A DNA stretch of 50,954 nt from Myxococcales bacterium (GTDB lineage: Bacteria; Myxococcota_A; Polyangia; Fen-1088), in contig PMIX01000081.1 of assembly GCA_003158395.1 (NCBI GenBank), positions 1 to 50,954 of the forward strand. Reading direction: 5' to 3'. The first letter of the stretch is position 1. Each line of letters starts with the position of its first letter. A program made the translations under genes and the position numbers. The notes below the pieces were generated by a model. The model did not search any database and was not told the DNA's origin. It saw only the letters and a list, made by a program, of their open reading frames with translations. Below, in pieces: positions 48,098-50,954 of this stretch.

Positions 48098-49057
48098 CTA
48101 CTTCTGCGCCACGTACGCGATTACGCCATGCTTCTTTTCGAACGCCAGCTTGCCGCCGATGGCGTCTTTGGCGGTGGCGAAATCGCCCACGCGCACGCGG
48201 TACCATGTGCCCTTGCCCGGGATCTCGGAAACCACCAGGTAGGTCTTCTCAGAGCCAAACTTCGCAGCAAACGCCTCTGCTTCGCCACGGTTTTGGAACG
48301 AGCTGAGCTGCAGGGTGAAGTGCACCTTGCCCTTGGCCGAGTCGGTAGCTGCGGCGCCAATTGCCGGGGCGGGCACATTTTTCGACGCCACAGGCGCCTT
48401 TTCAGCGGGCTGCTGCACGACCGGCAACGCAGCAAGTGCCTTGCTCGGCGCGGGGGCCGCGGGCTTGGGCGCACTGGCCGGGGCAGCCGCGGCCACAGAT
48501 TTTCCAGCAGGGAGGGGGGCTTTGGCCTTGGCGGTCTCGGCCGGGTTTCCGTCGAGCGAGGCAGTCAACTTGCCGCTCGCTTTGGTCAAAGCTTTTTCCG
48601 GTTTGGCCGAAGCCGTCTTGTTCCGCTCACCGTTCTTGGCCGTCTCCGTTGACTTGCCAGCCTCGACAACTTGACTGGACTCGCTCTTGCCCGAATCCGT
48701 CGTCCTGGGTTCGATCAGTTTCAACTCGCTCTGCTTCGCGCTGCTTTGGGCGTTCTTCCCGCCGAAGAGGGCCTGCGGGAAGGTCACCGCCGGCGTCTGG
48801 GTGGGCCGGGGCGTGGTCGCGACCTTGTCGAGCAGGGCCAGCGGGTCCTCCACCTCGGGCGCGACCGCGCGGCCGCGTGACTCCAGCCGCTTGCCCACCA
48901 CGACGCCCAGCACGAAGAGCAGACAGGCAACCAACGCGCTGCCAAAGAACAGAAAGAAGACCTGACGATTGTCGAGGCGGACTTCGATCTTGTCCCGCCA
49001 GCGTTCGACGTCGCGAAGGCCTCGTTGATCCATCGTGGCACCGGAAGTGTAACCCAT
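48098..49057 (-). CDS. SPOR domain-containing membrane protein
   Basis: TM FFLFFGSALVACLLFVLGVVVG, a Lys/Ala/Pro linker, and C-terminal SPOR block FTLQLSSFQNRGEAEAFAAKF....WYRVRVGDFATAKDA. Confidence 0.85.
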   Translation of the reverse strand: MGYTSGATMDQRGLRDVERWRDKIEVRLDNRQVFFLFFGSALVACLLFVLGVVVGKRLESRGRAVAPEVEDPLALLDKVATTPRPTQTPAVTFPQALFGGKNAQSSAKQSELKLIEPRTTDSGKSESSQVVEAGKSTETAKNGERNKTASAKPEKALTKASGKLTASLDGNPAETAKAKAPLPAGKSVAAAAPASAPKPAAPAPSKALAALPVVQQPAEKAPVASKNVPAPAIGAAATDSAKGKVHFTLQLSSFQNRGEAEAFAAKFGSEKTYLVVSEIPGKGTWYRVRVGDFATAKDAIGGKLAFEKKHGVIAYVAQK

Positions 49058-49092
49058 GCTTTGTTCCAGCGAAAAAGAGGGTAGACGTGGCG

Positions 49093-50886
49093 CTACGCCG
49101 CGTCCTCGCCCTCACCGCCTATGCGTTTCATCACGGTCGGCGCCGAGACCCCCAGAAGGCCCAGCGCGGTCTCGATCACCTGCCGGATGGCCTCGACCCA
49201 GTGCAGGCGCGCTGCGGTTTTTTGCCAGTCCCAGGTCGCGCGCCAATTGCCCACGCGCTGGCGTTCCTGGGGCAGAACCGAGTCGCCGTGGACTTTCTGC
49301 AGGCGGGTGTAGGTGCTCTGAAATTCGCCCGCAATCTCGCCGAGGAACGACACCAATCGGTGCGGCTCGCGCGCCGCGGCTGCATCCTCGACGAAGTCAG
49401 GGAAATCGGACAGCCGGCGCAGCAGTGCAATCTCCTCTGGCAGGCTCAATCGCCCGAAAAGCTCAGCCGAGGGCGGCAGGCGCGGGGCTTCCAGTTCAGA
49501 CGCGCGTCGCAACAACGAGGCGCAACGGGCATGGGCGTACTGGGCGTAGTACACGGGATTATCCATCGACTGGCGCTTGGCCAACTCAAGATCAAACTCC
49601 AGCGGCGTGTCGTGTCGACGCATCAGATAGAAGAAGCGCGTGGCATCGCGGCCGATCTCGTCGATCACCTCGTCGAGAGTCACGAACTCCCCTTCCCGCT
49701 TGCCCATGGCAACCGGTTTGCCGTCGCGCAACAAACTCACCATCTGAATGAGCAAGACCGAGAGCCGGTTCGGGTCATGCCCGAGCGCTTTCAAGGCCGC
49801 CTGCATGCGCGGCACGTGGCCGTGGTGATCGGCGCCCCAGATGTCACACAGCTCATCGAAACCGCGTTCGATCTTCTTGCGGTGGTACGCGATGTCCGCC
49901 AGCAGGTAGGTGGGCAAGCCGTCGGATTTGATCACCACCCGGTCTTTGTCATCGCCCCACAGCACCGTGGTTTTCAACCACACGGCATTGTCGCGCCGAT
50001 CGATGAAGCCGGCTTGCTCGAGCACAGCCAGGGTGCTCGACACCTCGCCGCTGTCGTGCAAGGCCCGCTCGCTCTGCCACACGTCGAAGCTGACGTCGAA
50101 TCTGGCCAGGGTGCCACGGATCATGTCCATGCAGCGGCCGATGGCGAACTGCTTGATGGGCTCCATGTCTGCCGGAGGGTCGGCCCCGACGAACCGTCCT
50201 GCCTCGCGTTCAAGCAGCTCACGCCCGAGATCCCGGATGTAGTCGCCGCGGTAGCCGTTCTCGGGGAACGCCACCTCAGGCACGATCACGCCTGTCCAGT
50301 CCTCGCCTCGCGCAGCCTCCATGTAGCGGGCCCACACCGAGAGCGCCAGCATAGCGACCTGGTTGCCGGAGTCGTTGACGTAGTACTCGCGCAACACATC
50401 GTAGCCTGCGAAGCGCAGCAGTCGGGTCAGCGAATCGCCGACCGCGGCGTGCCGACCGTGGGCAAAATGCAACGGACCGGTCGGGTTGGCCGACAAGTAT
50501 TCAACCAGGACGCGCGGTGACTGCCTCGGTTCTCCCCGTCCCCAGCGCCCCTCTGCGGCCAGGATGTCGAGCAGCCGCCGCTGCCAGAACGCATCGGACA
50601 GACGCACATTGATGAAACCGGGTCCCGCCACCGACACCTCTGATAGGTCCTCGCCACCCGCAGCCAACAGGCGTTCCACGATGATCTCAGCCAAGGCACG
50701 CGGCGGTTTTCCAGCGACCTTTGCGAGAGCTAGGGCCGTGTTGGTCGCGTAGTCGCCGTGCTCAGGGCGCTTGGGTCGCTCGATTGGAATGCTCTCCGGA
50801 ACAGCTGGCAGAAGGCCTTCGCCCTTGGCCTGCTCCACGGCAGTCTGGAAAAGAGCGCGAACCGTACTTCGAACACTGAAGGTCAT
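49093..50886 (-). CDS. argS: arginine--tRNA ligase
   Basis: SANPTGPLHFAHGRHAAVGD (HIGH region), ADHHGH, and a DALR-type anticodon-binding C-terminus (NPVYYAQYAHARCASLLRRA). Confidence 0.95.
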   Translation of the reverse strand: MTFSVRSTVRALFQTAVEQAKGEGLLPAVPESIPIERPKRPEHGDYATNTALALAKVAGKPPRALAEIIVERLLAAGGEDLSEVSVAGPGFINVRLSDAFWQRRLLDILAAEGRWGRGEPRQSPRVLVEYLSANPTGPLHFAHGRHAAVGDSLTRLLRFAGYDVLREYYVNDSGNQVAMLALSVWARYMEAARGEDWTGVIVPEVAFPENGYRGDYIRDLGRELLEREAGRFVGADPPADMEPIKQFAIGRCMDMIRGTLARFDVSFDVWQSERALHDSGEVSSTLAVLEQAGFIDRRDNAVWLKTTVLWGDDKDRVVIKSDGLPTYLLADIAYHRKKIERGFDELCDIWGADHHGHVPRMQAALKALGHDPNRLSVLLIQMVSLLRDGKPVAMGKREGEFVTLDEVIDEIGRDATRFFYLMRRHDTPLEFDLELAKRQSMDNPVYYAQYAHARCASLLRRASELEAPRLPPSAELFGRLSLPEEIALLRRLSDFPDFVEDAAAAREPHRLVSFLGEIAGEFQSTYTRLQKVHGDSVLPQERQRVGNWRATWDWQKTAARLHWVEAIRQVIETALGLLGVSAPTVMKRIGGEGEDAA

Positions 50887-50894
50887 TTACCCAC

Positions 50895-50924
50895 ACTGTA
50901 GGGCCAAGTCTTACAAACTGTCAA
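50895..50924 (-). promoter_or_regulatory. candidate sigma70-type promoter placing the argS transcript start at or next to the ATG
   Basis: Minus-sense TTGACA (rev-comp of 50919-50924), 18 nt, TACAGT (50895-50900), then only 8 nt before ATG 50886. No Shine-Dalgarno in between. Confidence 0.3.
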
Positions 50925-50954
50925 TTTCGGTTACTCGCGTGGGGAGCCCGCCGG

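Noticed and set aside
48361-50520. 719-aa ORF on the plus strand, the longest unannotated ORF in this part of the window
   Set aside because: It is antisense to argS and the SPOR gene, which both have clear family motifs. Its translation is Arg/Pro/Gly/Ala-rich with no motif. Long stop-free antisense frames are expected at this GC content.

Overview
The window is a GC-rich chromosomal segment in which third codon positions are almost all G/C. Its gene content looks Myxococcota-like: several Ser/Thr kinases, PEGA/TPR/HEAT envelope proteins and many lipobox proteins. I support about 40 CDS and found no rRNA, tRNA, CRISPR array, integrase or transposase. All product names come from motifs read by eye, because no database search was possible.

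Housekeeping genes: ldh, gmd, a Ppm1-like mannosyltransferase, tmk, a co-directional SBP5-lipoprotein-epimerase-yicC-gmk-rel block, polA, a tamB-like/Omp85 pair, a SPOR protein and argS.

Structures worth a second look:
1. A 1.6-kb vapBC-like + Uma2 nuclease cassette lies between the intact mannosyltransferase gene and an internally deleted, frame-broken second copy of it. The neighbouring gene loses codon bias at the junction.
2. An envelope cluster at 7.9-15.8 kb holds a mosaic 932-aa lipoprotein and a 996-aa single-TM protein with a PVDL-repeat tail.
3. A translationally coupled operon encodes a histidine kinase with a degenerate receiver, a HEAT-repeat secreted protein and a HAMP-only membrane protein, divergent from a PilZ gene.
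4. A zinc-ribbon Ser/Thr kinase homologue has lost the DFG Asp and the catalytic-loop Lys.
5. A perfect 16-bp inverted repeat brackets 133 bp of intergenic DNA.

Several long ORF-track entries are N-terminally over-extended or are antisense artefacts of high GC. One real partial gene at the left edge (1-320, minus strand) is missing from the track.
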